Positions 1-8,710 of a DNA stretch of 64,000 bases are shown in pieces. The translations under genes were made by a program, and so were the position numbers. The notes under the pieces were generated by a model. That model was not told where the DNA came from, searched no databases, and saw nothing but the letters and a program-made list of their open reading frames with translations. The stretch's first letter is position 1. Each line of letters opens with the position of its first letter. This DNA comes from an uncultured Pseudomonadota bacterium (GTDB lineage: Bacteria > Pseudomonadota > Alphaproteobacteria > Rs-D84): assembly GCA_902802115.1 (NCBI GenBank), contig CADCKW010000002.1, positions 5,744 to 69,743 on the forward strand. Direction: 5' to 3'.

Positions 1-60
1 GAATGAGCCAAGGGAGTGAAGCAAAGCGAAACAATCCTTCCTAAGTGCGCCAGAAATTCA

Positions 61-88
61 AAACACCGCGTATAGCGGTGTTTTTTAT
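61..88. terminator. GC-rich hairpin ACACCGCGTATAGCGGTGT followed by a T-run; near-identical copy at 3090..3120
   Basis: Inverted repeat plus T-tract read directly; second copy differs by 1 nt in the loop. Confidence 0.6.
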
Positions 89-335
89 TGATTTTATTCC
101 GTATTCGGTGTATCATGCATGGCGACATGGCATGATGCTGTGTTGGGGTGTAAGAACCCTTAATTTGTGATGTCCGTGGGGACAAAAAACACCTCCAATC
201 GTATGGTTGGAGGGTTGCGAATAATGCCACCATGTGTAGCAAAATAAGCACACTATTTTTCACAAATTATAGTTCTTAACCTCCAACCGCCTGCTTTTGT
301 CAGGCGTTTTGTATGTAAAAAAGAGGATAAAAACT

Positions 336-2384
336 ATGACACTAACCAAGGCACAAGAGAATTTTGTTTTTAGTAAAGATAAATTTATTCGATTATTAGC
401 TCCTGCTGGTTGCGGTAAAACTTTTTCAATAATGGAAAAAACAAAAGAAATAATGAAGTCCAATACAAAATCAAAGATTAGTGTTTTTACATTTACACGA
501 AATGCGAGCAAAGAAATAATTGATAGGTGTGGTGATGGCGAGGCATTGGATGTTAATACATTGAATAGTTGGGGAAACCGTTATGTAAAGACCACAGTAT
601 TAAAAAATGCAAAACTCATTTCGTCTGCCCAAGACCGTAAATTTTGTATGGGTAATTATTTGCAACCTGTTTGGGGAAAACCAGAACACGATATTTTTAG
701 GAAACTCTGTCAGGGGCGTTCAAGGGTTCGTTGTGGCGAAAAATTATTGGACTTAATAGACAATTTTAAAAATTTAGGTTTTAAACACACAGAATTTATG
801 CAAGATGTAGAACATACCAAAGATGTGTATGTAAAACATATGAATTTCATAAATAAAGTTGGGTTGATGCGTTATTATGATTCTGTGTGTAGTGAGTTGG
901 TTAATATGTTGCCAGTTGAAGATAGATTGCAGATTTTAATCGGCGAAGACATGCACGCGTTTTTGGTTGAACATTGGATACCTTTTTGGCGTGATTGTTG
1001 TGTGCAGATGATTGAAAGTGGTATTTACACTTTGGACGATCAAAAGTATTTTGCGAATATTGAATTAGAAAAGCGAGTGTTAAAAAATGAACGTTGGACT
1101 GGTGCGGCAAAAATTGACTATATCTTTGTTGATGAATTTCAAGATACAAACCCTTTGGATTTAATGTTGATATCAAATTTACAGAAATTAACTGATGCTG
1201 GGTTGATAATAGTTGGTGATGATGACCAGGCCATTTTTGAATTTCGTGGTGCTGCACCATACTTTATTTTGCATCCAAATGAAATATTTGGGCATAAATT
1301 TACAACATTTTGCCTTGATCAAAATTTTAGGTCACCTGCAAATATTGTGCAAAAATCACAAATTTTAATATCACACAACAAACATAGAATTGATAAATCT
1401 GTATCAGCAGAGTCCAACAGGCCGTTGGCAAAAATTGAACATATAAACACAAATAAACAAGCATTGGTTAGTAAAGTAATTGATGTTGTTAAACATACTC
1501 TGCAACAAACAAATGAAAACATAGTGATCGTTTCACGATTAAAGGCCAGTTTGTTGCCGTATCAAGTTTTATTAACAAAGGATAATATTGATTATTCTGT
1601 TAGTGATGATTTGGCATTCTTTTACACAAATGCAGCACAAAATCTTAATAAAGTTTTAGACATAAAAAGAGCGAACAAACCGTTAGGAGCAAGAGATTTG
1701 CTCGAGCTGGTGTGTTTGTATAGTAAAAATGAAATCTACAAAAGTGCTCGTGATACATTATGGCATGCCCTAATGTTAAATAATGCAACTTTGGAAAATA
1801 TACACGAAATTTTGTGGAATTTGGGCAGGTCTAAACAAAATTTTGAAAAATTGCTAACCAAAGATTTTATAGATGGTTTTGAACACGCGGTAGATAATTT
1901 TGAAAAAGCCGAGAGTGTTTATGATACATTATCCTGTTTGTTAGGTGAATTTGATGGTTTAAAAAAGAATTATAGTAGGTCATTGGAAGATTTATATTAT
2001 AAAGATCCACCGTTGGCAAGTTTGTTGGATTTTGCCCAGCAATATGGTAATGATTTTGATGGTTTTTATGATGATTTTAACAGAGCTATAACAAAAACTG
2101 TATATGCCAAAGAAATACCATTATTAGATAAATCACAACCTAGAATAATATTATCAACCGCGTTGCGTGTTAAAGGTCAGGAATTTGATAATGTTATTAT
2201 ATTAAATGCAAATGATGGTGTATGGCCCAAATTAACAAAAACACAACAGACAACACGAAAAATGGACATGGAGTCAGAACGGCGATTGTTTTATGTGGCA
2301 GTCACCAGAGTGAAAAATGTGCTGTATTTTGCTGAAGATAATGCACCCCAAAGCCCATTTATTGCAGAGGGTGAATTTTTATGA
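336..2384 (+). CDS. UvrD/Rep-like superfamily 1 DNA helicase, 682 aa from the RBS-supported start
   Basis: All SF1 motifs present: Walker A LLAPAGCGKTF, Ia TFTRNASKEI, II VDEFQDTNP, III VGDDDQAIFEFRGA, IV QNFRSP, V TALRVKGQEFDNVIILN, VI VAVTRVKNVLY; RBS AAGAGGA before ATG 336; AT-rich (~32% GC). Confidence 0.8.
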   Translation: MTLTKAQENFVFSKDKFIRLLAPAGCGKTFSIMEKTKEIMKSNTKSKISVFTFTRNASKEIIDRCGDGEALDVNTLNSWGNRYVKTTVLKNAKLISSAQDRKFCMGNYLQPVWGKPEHDIFRKLCQGRSRVRCGEKLLDLIDNFKNLGFKHTEFMQDVEHTKDVYVKHMNFINKVGLMRYYDSVCSELVNMLPVEDRLQILIGEDMHAFLVEHWIPFWRDCCVQMIESGIYTLDDQKYFANIELEKRVLKNERWTGAAKIDYIFVDEFQDTNPLDLMLISNLQKLTDAGLIIVGDDDQAIFEFRGAAPYFILHPNEIFGHKFTTFCLDQNFRSPANIVQKSQILISHNKHRIDKSVSAESNRPLAKIEHINTNKQALVSKVIDVVKHTLQQTNENIVIVSRLKASLLPYQVLLTKDNIDYSVSDDLAFFYTNAAQNLNKVLDIKRANKPLGARDLLELVCLYSKNEIYKSARDTLWHALMLNNATLENIHEILWNLGRSKQNFEKLLTKDFIDGFEHAVDNFEKAESVYDTLSCLLGEFDGLKKNYSRSLEDLYYKDPPLASLLDFAQQYGNDFDGFYDDFNRAITKTVYAKEIPLLDKSQPRIILSTALRVKGQEFDNVIILNANDGVWPKLTKTQQTTRKMDMESERRLFYVAVTRVKNVLYFAEDNAPQSPFIAEGEFL

Positions 2385-2423
2385 TTAACCATTTAAAGTT
2401 TTTAAGTAAAAAGGGGTATAACA

Positions 2424-2558
2424 ATGGAAAAACAAAATGATGCATTAGAACAATTTATTAAAAAATGGGAACCAATGGCAGATATTGCATTTTGGTTGTG
2501 GGTTTTAAAACCAACAAATTCATCAAGTTCAAATAATAATTCTAACAGTTTGTTTTAA
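2424..2558 (+). CDS. 44-aa small protein with a hydrophobic core (IAFWLWVL) and a Ser/Asn-rich tail
   Basis: Strong RBS AAAGGGGTA 7 nt upstream; tightly packed between the helicase and the 145-aa gene; not in the ORF track because it is under 60 aa. Confidence 0.4.
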   Translation: MEKQNDALEQFIKKWEPMADIAFWLWVLKPTNSSSSNNNSNSLF

Positions 2559-2570
2559 GGGGGTAAAAAA

Positions 2571-3008
2571 ATGCCAAAAGAAGACAAAATGATAACAATA
2601 ACCCAAGAACGTGGTTTTGCTTTATTTGGTCCTAAAATGCGTGTAGTTATTGATGATGAATTTAGTATATTGTTGCCGTATGGCGAATCTGCAAAAATCC
2701 CTGTGGCAAAGAATAAAACAGAATGCAATATAACCACACACGCTTTTGGAAATGCAGGTAATAATATTTTTACAATAAAGAATTTTCAAAATGTAAAAGA
2801 AATAAAATTAAAAACATCATCCAGCGGATGCAAATGTTCGGTTGTATATAACAATGGTTTGACTTTGGAGGCATTGGATAAAAGTTCAGGTGCAACAACC
2901 AACCGAATAATCTGGTGGGCAATAATGATAATATTTATTATCATTCCATTACTTATGACAATTGTTAGCGCAATAGAATACGCCATATTTGTCAGCACGT
3001 TTGATTAA
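2571..3008 (+). CDS. 145-aa hypothetical protein with a soluble N-domain and a C-terminal transmembrane anchor (IIWWAIMIIFIIIPLLMTIVSAI)
   Basis: Same strong RBS AAGGGGGTA as the preceding small ORF; third gene of the helicase cassette. Confidence 0.55.
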   Translation: MPKEDKMITITQERGFALFGPKMRVVIDDEFSILLPYGESAKIPVAKNKTECNITTHAFGNAGNNIFTIKNFQNVKEIKLKTSSSGCKCSVVYNNGLTLEALDKSSGATTNRIIWWAIMIIFIIIPLLMTIVSAIEYAIFVSTFD

Positions 3009-3089
3009 TACATATGCACCTATGTATATCGCGTTAAAATAGGTGTTATATAATTTGTGTGCAACTTGTTTCAGCGAGGTTAAAACAAT

Positions 3090-3120
3090 AAAAAACACCG
3101 CGTACAGCGGTGTTTTTTTG
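3090..3120. terminator. Hairpin ACACCGCGTACAGCGGTGT plus T7, a duplicate of the 61..88 hairpin
   Basis: Sequence read directly; sits between the convergent 145-aa gene and the 3160..4143 gene. Confidence 0.6.
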
Positions 3121-3159
3121 TGGGATTTTTTATTTTGAAATGTTTGTTATGAATCTTTA

Positions 3160-4143
3160 TTAAAACCATTTCCATGGTTGTAATGCCTTTAACAAACTTA
3201 TTGCAGTTCGTTTGTCTGCGTATGTATGGCCACAGCGCGGACACACCAAGAACGGTGCAACTGTGAATTTATATTTTTTATATATCAATGACCATATAAA
3301 GATTCCCAGTACCCAACCGGCAACAACCAATCCCCACGCAACATACGCAAAATAACTATTCACTGTGCGGGTTAAAATTTGCACTATGCCCAAATTAGAT
3401 TTTTCCAAATCATTATAAATTTTCACACCCACAGGCCAGCTGGAAGGACGCCATGGATATACATGTTTTACACCGTAATCTGTCAATAATGTTGTTCCCA
3501 AGCCACCAGACGCGTTGTCTAATTCTTTCTTAATCGCCGCATCGATGATTTTATCAACCTCTATTTGTGTTAATTTTACCAAATCTGTTTGAACCTTGTC
3601 CAATTGGCGATTTACCATTGCGGTTGTATCATCAACCTTGGCAATTCCTTTGTTTGCCTGGGCTATGCCGGAATCAGCGGTATCAATTACCTTATCAACC
3701 GCATCGGTTTTTACACCAAACATTTTCGCCAAACCAGTTATTTTTTTTGCACCATCTGTTTGCGCCTTGGCCGCCGCAGTTTTTTCTTTGGCCGCCGCGG
3801 TCACATCATTCACTTTATTAACATTTGTTTGAACAATTTTCACTTTGTCTATTGCAATCGCCACAGGTTTTTCCAAGTTTATTGCGTCTTTGATTCCAGA
3901 TAATAAACGCGCATATTGTTCTTGGATATTTCTTTGCAAATCAAAGAACATCGACACAACCATAGATTTTTTTATCGGTTCGGCATAATGATGTTTTATA
4001 TACAATGGAAACATTGCAACAAATAACAACCAAACCACAGACACAATCGCAAATACACGCTTTGCACCCTTTATCACAGATGCTTTTTTTGCAACGGTTT
4101 TTGCGCCGCCCATATCAATAACTTCGACTTGTTTTTTTGCCAT
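3160..4143 (-). CDS. Hypothetical membrane protein: N-terminal TM, long Ala/Lys/Asp-rich coiled-coil-like region, second TM, C-terminal CPRCGH motif
   Basis: Hydrophobic segments and low-complexity coiled-coil-like repeats in the translation; no recognisable family. Confidence 0.45.
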   Translation of the reverse strand: MAKKQVEVIDMGGAKTVAKKASVIKGAKRVFAIVSVVWLLFVAMFPLYIKHHYAEPIKKSMVVSMFFDLQRNIQEQYARLLSGIKDAINLEKPVAIAIDKVKIVQTNVNKVNDVTAAAKEKTAAAKAQTDGAKKITGLAKMFGVKTDAVDKVIDTADSGIAQANKGIAKVDDTTAMVNRQLDKVQTDLVKLTQIEVDKIIDAAIKKELDNASGGLGTTLLTDYGVKHVYPWRPSSWPVGVKIYNDLEKSNLGIVQILTRTVNSYFAYVAWGLVVAGWVLGIFIWSLIYKKYKFTVAPFLVCPRCGHTYADKRTAISLLKALQPWKWF

Positions 4144-4209
4144 TTTATCCTTCCTTTTTGTTTTTTTATATTTAAATGCTATAAAAAAAACATTGCGTTG
4201 CGCAATGTT

Positions 4210-5322
4210 TTATTTTTCACCTGTATAATTTTTTATAAATTCGGTTTTAAATTCTTGGAATCTGCCCTGCTCTATACTATCCCGAATATCGCGCATTAAA
4301 TCTTGGTAGAACCATAAATTATGTTGGGTTAATAGAGTTGCGCCCAGAACTTCATTGCATTTAATCAAGTGATGCAAATATGCACGCGACAATTTACATG
4401 CCGGGCAACCGCATTTGTCGTCCAACGGCGACGGGTCGTCCCGGAATTTTGCATTACGCATATTCATTGTGCCATGACGCGTAAAGGCCTGGGCTGTACG
4501 ACCGGCACGCGTTGGCATAACACAATCAAACATATCAATACCACGTTCAACCGCGCCCAATATATCCAATGGTGTTCCAACCCCCATTAAATAGCGCGGT
4601 TTATCGGTTGGCAAATGCGGTGTTGTCGTTGCAATCATATTGAACATTACTTCTTGGGGTTCGCCAACCGCCAATCCCCCAATCGCATAACCGTCAAAAC
4701 CAATTTCGGTTAATGCGCGCGCGGACCGTTCACGCAAATCTGGGAAATCAGCACCTTGGACAATACCAAAAATGCCATATCCGTCGCGATTGACAAAGGC
4801 ATCGCGCGAACGGCGCGCCCAATCTGTCACCATATCTACATTTTTTTCAGCACGCGCACGCGTTGTTGGCAGGTGCAGGCACTCGTCCAATACCATTGTG
4901 ATATTAGAATCCAATTGATGTTGAATATGCACAGAATCTTCGGGGCGCATAAAATGTTTAATACCGCCGTCAATATGTGATGTGAATTCGACACCGTCCG
5001 GGCGCATCTTTACCAAGTTTGACAACGACATAACCTGAAAACCGCCGGAATCGGTTAAAATCGGTCCTGTCCAACCACTGAATTTATGTAATCCGCCCAT
5101 GCGTTCAACCAAATCGCCGCCCGGTCGCATCATTAAATGATATGTGTTGCCCAAAATCACTTGCGTTCCGGTCGCCGCCACTTGTTCCATAGTAAGCGCC
5201 TTGACCGTTGCAGCCGTTCCCACAGCCATAAATGCAGGGGTTTCGAAAACCCCATGCGCCGTATGAACACGACCGCGACGTGCATTTCCATCAGTTTTAA
5301 TCAAATCAAATTTTAACGACAT
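4210..5322 (-). CDS. tgt: Queuine tRNA-ribosyltransferase
   Basis: N-terminal FDL..DG.ARRG..HT.HG...TPAFMAVGT and C-terminal zinc site CGCPACK...H are diagnostic of Tgt. Confidence 0.9.
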   Translation of the reverse strand: MSLKFDLIKTDGNARRGRVHTAHGVFETPAFMAVGTAATVKALTMEQVAATGTQVILGNTYHLMMRPGGDLVERMGGLHKFSGWTGPILTDSGGFQVMSLSNLVKMRPDGVEFTSHIDGGIKHFMRPEDSVHIQHQLDSNITMVLDECLHLPTTRARAEKNVDMVTDWARRSRDAFVNRDGYGIFGIVQGADFPDLRERSARALTEIGFDGYAIGGLAVGEPQEVMFNMIATTTPHLPTDKPRYLMGVGTPLDILGAVERGIDMFDCVMPTRAGRTAQAFTRHGTMNMRNAKFRDDPSPLDDKCGCPACKLSRAYLHHLIKCNEVLGATLLTQHNLWFYQDLMRDIRDSIEQGRFQEFKTEFIKNYTGEK

Positions 5323-6345
5323 TTATAAATCCTTTTTGAACAATAAACAACAATCGCCATAACTGAAAAATCTGTATTTTTCGGCGACGGCATGGGCATA
5401 TGCAGACTTCATTTCGTCAAGCCCCGCGAACGCCGACACCAACATAAACAATGTCGATTTAGGCAGATGAAAGTTTGTTAGCAATATATCCACCGCACCA
5501 AATTTATATCCCGGTGTGATAAAAATATTCGTATTATCACAAATTGGAACAACACGCGCACCCGTACCAGATTCACGCGCACGAATTGCCGCACTTTCCA
5601 ATGTTCGCATTGATGTTGTGCCCACCGCAATTACGCGTTTTGCGTTGTTGATTATGTCCGCTTGTTCGGGTGTGATACAACACCATTCGCTGTGCATTTT
5701 ATGTTCAGCCAGATTTTCTGTTTTAACCGGCATCCATGTTCCAGCCCCGACATGCAATGTGATTTTTACAATTTTTGCACCACGCGCCTCTATTTCACTC
5801 ATCAATTCTGGGGTAAAATGCAATCCCGCCGTTGGTGCCGCCATTGACCCCAGTGGTTCTGCATATACAGTTTGATAACGTTCGCGGTCAGCAACCTCTT
5901 CATCACGTTTCATATATGGTGGCAGTGGCATTTTCCCAACATTATTCAACACATCAAAAACATTGTCGCAATCAAAGTGCAACAACAAACCACTTTCGTC
6001 GTCTTTATCCAGCACCCGAATTTTTGTGCCATCGTCCATAGTTAATGTGTCACCAATGTTTATTTTATTAAACTTTTTGCACAATCCCCACCAATCATGG
6101 TCATTTACAGATGTGTGTAAAGTTATTTCATGTTCATCCGCCATAAAACGCGCAGGAATCACCCGCGAATTATTAAACACAACAACATCACCAGGTTGCA
6201 GATAATCCAGAAAATCACGAATATGTTTGTCGTGCGTGTTGTCGCCCTGTACCACCAACATGCGTGAGGCATCGCGTTTTTCCAATGGGTGTGACGCAAT
6301 CAATTCTGGTGGTAATTCAAAATCAAAATCAGATGTATGCAGCAT
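5323..6345 (-). CDS. queA: S-adenosylmethionine:tRNA ribosyltransferase-isomerase
   Basis: FDFELPPELIASHPLEKRDASRMLVV N-terminus and overall QueA architecture; adjacent to tgt. Confidence 0.9.
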   Translation of the reverse strand: MLHTSDFDFELPPELIASHPLEKRDASRMLVVQGDNTHDKHIRDFLDYLQPGDVVVFNNSRVIPARFMADEHEITLHTSVNDHDWWGLCKKFNKINIGDTLTMDDGTKIRVLDKDDESGLLLHFDCDNVFDVLNNVGKMPLPPYMKRDEEVADRERYQTVYAEPLGSMAAPTAGLHFTPELMSEIEARGAKIVKITLHVGAGTWMPVKTENLAEHKMHSEWCCITPEQADIINNAKRVIAVGTTSMRTLESAAIRARESGTGARVVPICDNTNIFITPGYKFGAVDILLTNFHLPKSTLFMLVSAFAGLDEMKSAYAHAVAEKYRFFSYGDCCLLFKKDL

Positions 6346-7238
6346 TATTTTTTAAACTCTAAACCTTGGTCGGTGTAATTTTCCGCCATATCTTCCCAAT
6401 TTTCTTCGACACGAACAAATAAATGCAGGCGCGCATTTACACCCCATTGATCTTGGATATCGTGGCGCGCATCGGTACCAATTTTCTTTAATTGTTCGCC
6501 ACCGCGGCCAATTACTATTTTTTTATGCGCATCATTTGCGACAACTATTTTTTGATATATATCCAAAACCCCATCGGCATCGACATCAACCCGTTCGGTC
6601 ACGACGTTAATATGATACGGTAATTCTTGGTGAATATATTTATAAATCTTTTCACGCGTCAATTCCGCCAAATACAGATTGTCAGGAACATCAACCGCGT
6701 CCGCCGCATCAAATAAATATGGGGACTGCGGCATCACAGATGCCAACGCGTTTAACATTTCATTTATTCCGTCATTTTTTAATGCAGAAATCATAAATAT
6801 TTCCCGAAAATCAGCCAAATTTGATAATTCTGCAACCATTGGCAATAATTTTGATTTTGATATCGCATCAACCTTGTTCAATGCAACAAACAGGTTTTTA
6901 TGATTCTTTATTTTTTCAATCAATCCGCGGATTGTATCGGTCACACCATGCGTTGCATCAACCAGTAATAATACTGCATCAGCATCGCCAAACGCATCAA
7001 AAGCGGCACCAACCATCGCCCTGTCGAGTCTGCGTTTTGGTTTAAATATGCCCGGCGTATCAACGAAAATCAGTTGTTTTTTCCCAACCATTTTCACCGC
7101 ACGCAAATTTGTTCGCGTTGTTTGAACCTTGTGCGATACGATTGAAACCTTGCGCCCCATAATTTGATTTATCAGGGTGCTTTTGCCGGCATTTGTCGGG
7201 CCAATAATTGAAATAAATCCAGAATATGTCTTTGTCAT
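6345..7238 (-). CDS. era: GTPase Era
   Basis: G1 GPTNAGKST, G3 DTPG, G4 NKVD, C-terminal KH domain. Confidence 0.9.
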   Translation of the reverse strand: MTKTYSGFISIIGPTNAGKSTLINQIMGRKVSIVSHKVQTTRTNLRAVKMVGKKQLIFVDTPGIFKPKRRLDRAMVGAAFDAFGDADAVLLLVDATHGVTDTIRGLIEKIKNHKNLFVALNKVDAISKSKLLPMVAELSNLADFREIFMISALKNDGINEMLNALASVMPQSPYLFDAADAVDVPDNLYLAELTREKIYKYIHQELPYHINVVTERVDVDADGVLDIYQKIVVANDAHKKIVIGRGGEQLKKIGTDARHDIQDQWGVNARLHLFVRVEENWEDMAENYTDQGLEFKK

Positions 7239-7350
7239 GCCATAAACAATAGCACACCAATTTCAAAAGGCAATAAAAAACCTTGCAAAAATAATATTTT
7301 ATTGCAAATATAGATTCAAAGTGAGAGAGAGCAACACAAAGGACGCAACA

Positions 7351-7881
7351 ATGTCAAACTCTTTCACTTTTGACGAAAAATGGAATATCCGTTTTATGCA
7401 ACAAGCACAACTGGTATCTACTTGGTCCAAAGACCCCAGCACACGCGTTGGCTGTATCATCGTTTCCCCAGATAGATTTGTTTTATCCGAAGGATATAAT
7501 GGTTTTCCACATGGCATTGCCGATACATACGAGAGATTACACGACCGCGCATTAAAATATCCACGCGTTGTTCATGCGGAAACAAACGCAATCGTTAATG
7601 CTGGTCGAAATGGCGCAAAAATTGATAATGGTATTTTGTTTGTGACCGCGCCACCATGCCCAAATTGTGCAAAAATGATTGTCCAGGCAGGAATTCGTGA
7701 AATTTTGTATATTGATTTAGACAAAAATAAAAAGATTCCAGGTTGGCGCGATGAATTAAACATTTCTTTTGATATGTTCAACGAGGTTGGTATTCCAACC
7801 ATGGCTATTCCTAAAAAATACTTATTCACCAAGACTCAGTTGGACGCAATTAGAAAAAAACAAATGATGAATACAAAATAA
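7351..7881 (+). CDS. dCMP/cytidine deaminase family protein (ComEB-like)
   Basis: Zinc-binding HAETNAI ... PCPNCAKMI motifs. Confidence 0.75.
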   Translation: MSNSFTFDEKWNIRFMQQAQLVSTWSKDPSTRVGCIIVSPDRFVLSEGYNGFPHGIADTYERLHDRALKYPRVVHAETNAIVNAGRNGAKIDNGILFVTAPPCPNCAKMIVQAGIREILYIDLDKNKKIPGWRDELNISFDMFNEVGIPTMAIPKKYLFTKTQLDAIRKKQMMNTK

Positions 7882-7915
7882 ACAAATCCCCGGATTTTTC
7901 CGGGGGATTTTTTTA
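7882..7915. terminator. Bidirectional rho-independent terminator CCCCGGATTTTTCCGGGGG flanked by A- and T-tracts
   Basis: Hairpin between convergent genes. Confidence 0.65.
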
Positions 7916-8632
7916 TTCATCTAATTTTTTTGTCCATTGGTTATCTGGGTAATTTTTACGCAATGTTTCGGCATAGCCCGATGCCTGCTCTGGCAGACCG
8001 ATTGCAGTATAACATTGGGTTAAACGATACAGAGCCTCGGGCACCATGACGGTATCGGGGGCGGTTGTGACCACAGATTGCAATTTTGTTATTGCAGATG
8101 TCCAATTTTCTTTGCGCATATCGGTTCGCGCAGAATACATAACCTTGCCTGCGATATAATTTTTCAATATATGGATTTTATTTTCGGCATTTTTTGCATA
8201 TTCTGTGTTTGGAAAACGTTCAACCAGTTGTTCAAACTGTTGCAATGCATAAACCGACATTCCGGGTTCGCGACGAACATCACTGACCTGGCGATAATAA
8301 CACATACCGCGCAAATATAATATATACGGCGCGTCAATGTGGCCGGGGTGAAAACGCATAAAACGGTCGGTCACCATCAAAGCCCCTGGGAAATCGTCGT
8401 CCATATAACGTGAATATGCCGCCATGACCAGCGCATCGGGCGCCAATGCATCGGTGGAATGTTCGCTTTCGGCAGACAAGAATAATTCTGCGGCACGCGA
8501 ATAATTTTCATCGTTTAATTCGTTATATGCGTCCGCATAGATTTCCGCCATGCTTCGTTCAGGTTCAATATTTTCCCCAGCGCACCCAGCAATAAACCCA
8601 GATAAAATCATTAATAACCATATTTTTTTCAT
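7913..8632 (-). CDS. bamD: Outer-membrane assembly lipoprotein BamD (TPR lipoprotein)
   Basis: Lipoprotein signal ending in the lipobox motif FIAGC; TPR repeats and similarity to the BamD consensus (RF...HP...Y..Y.RG; ...YPDN). Confidence 0.65.
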   Translation of the reverse strand: MKKIWLLMILSGFIAGCAGENIEPERSMAEIYADAYNELNDENYSRAAELFLSAESEHSTDALAPDALVMAAYSRYMDDDFPGALMVTDRFMRFHPGHIDAPYILYLRGMCYYRQVSDVRREPGMSVYALQQFEQLVERFPNTEYAKNAENKIHILKNYIAGKVMYSARTDMRKENWTSAITKLQSVVTTAPDTVMVPEALYRLTQCYTAIGLPEQASGYAETLRKNYPDNQWTKKLDE

Positions 8633-8710
8633 GCTTGAATTTCCTTATGCCATAAGGGTATAATACATTTGTTCAAAATAAAAGAATTTTTTTAACAGGG
8701 ACGGATTTAA

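Noticed and set aside
297-335. Upstream start (MSGVLYVKKRIKT...) of the helicase ORF
   Set aside because: No RBS and it overlaps a terminator-like hairpin; ATG at 336 is preceded by AAGAGGA, so the shorter start was preferred.
3567-3903. Three overlapping plus-strand ORFs (84, 104 and 78 aa)
   Set aside because: All are antisense inside the 3160..4143 gene and reflect its low-complexity Ala/Lys codon repeats; no RBS present.
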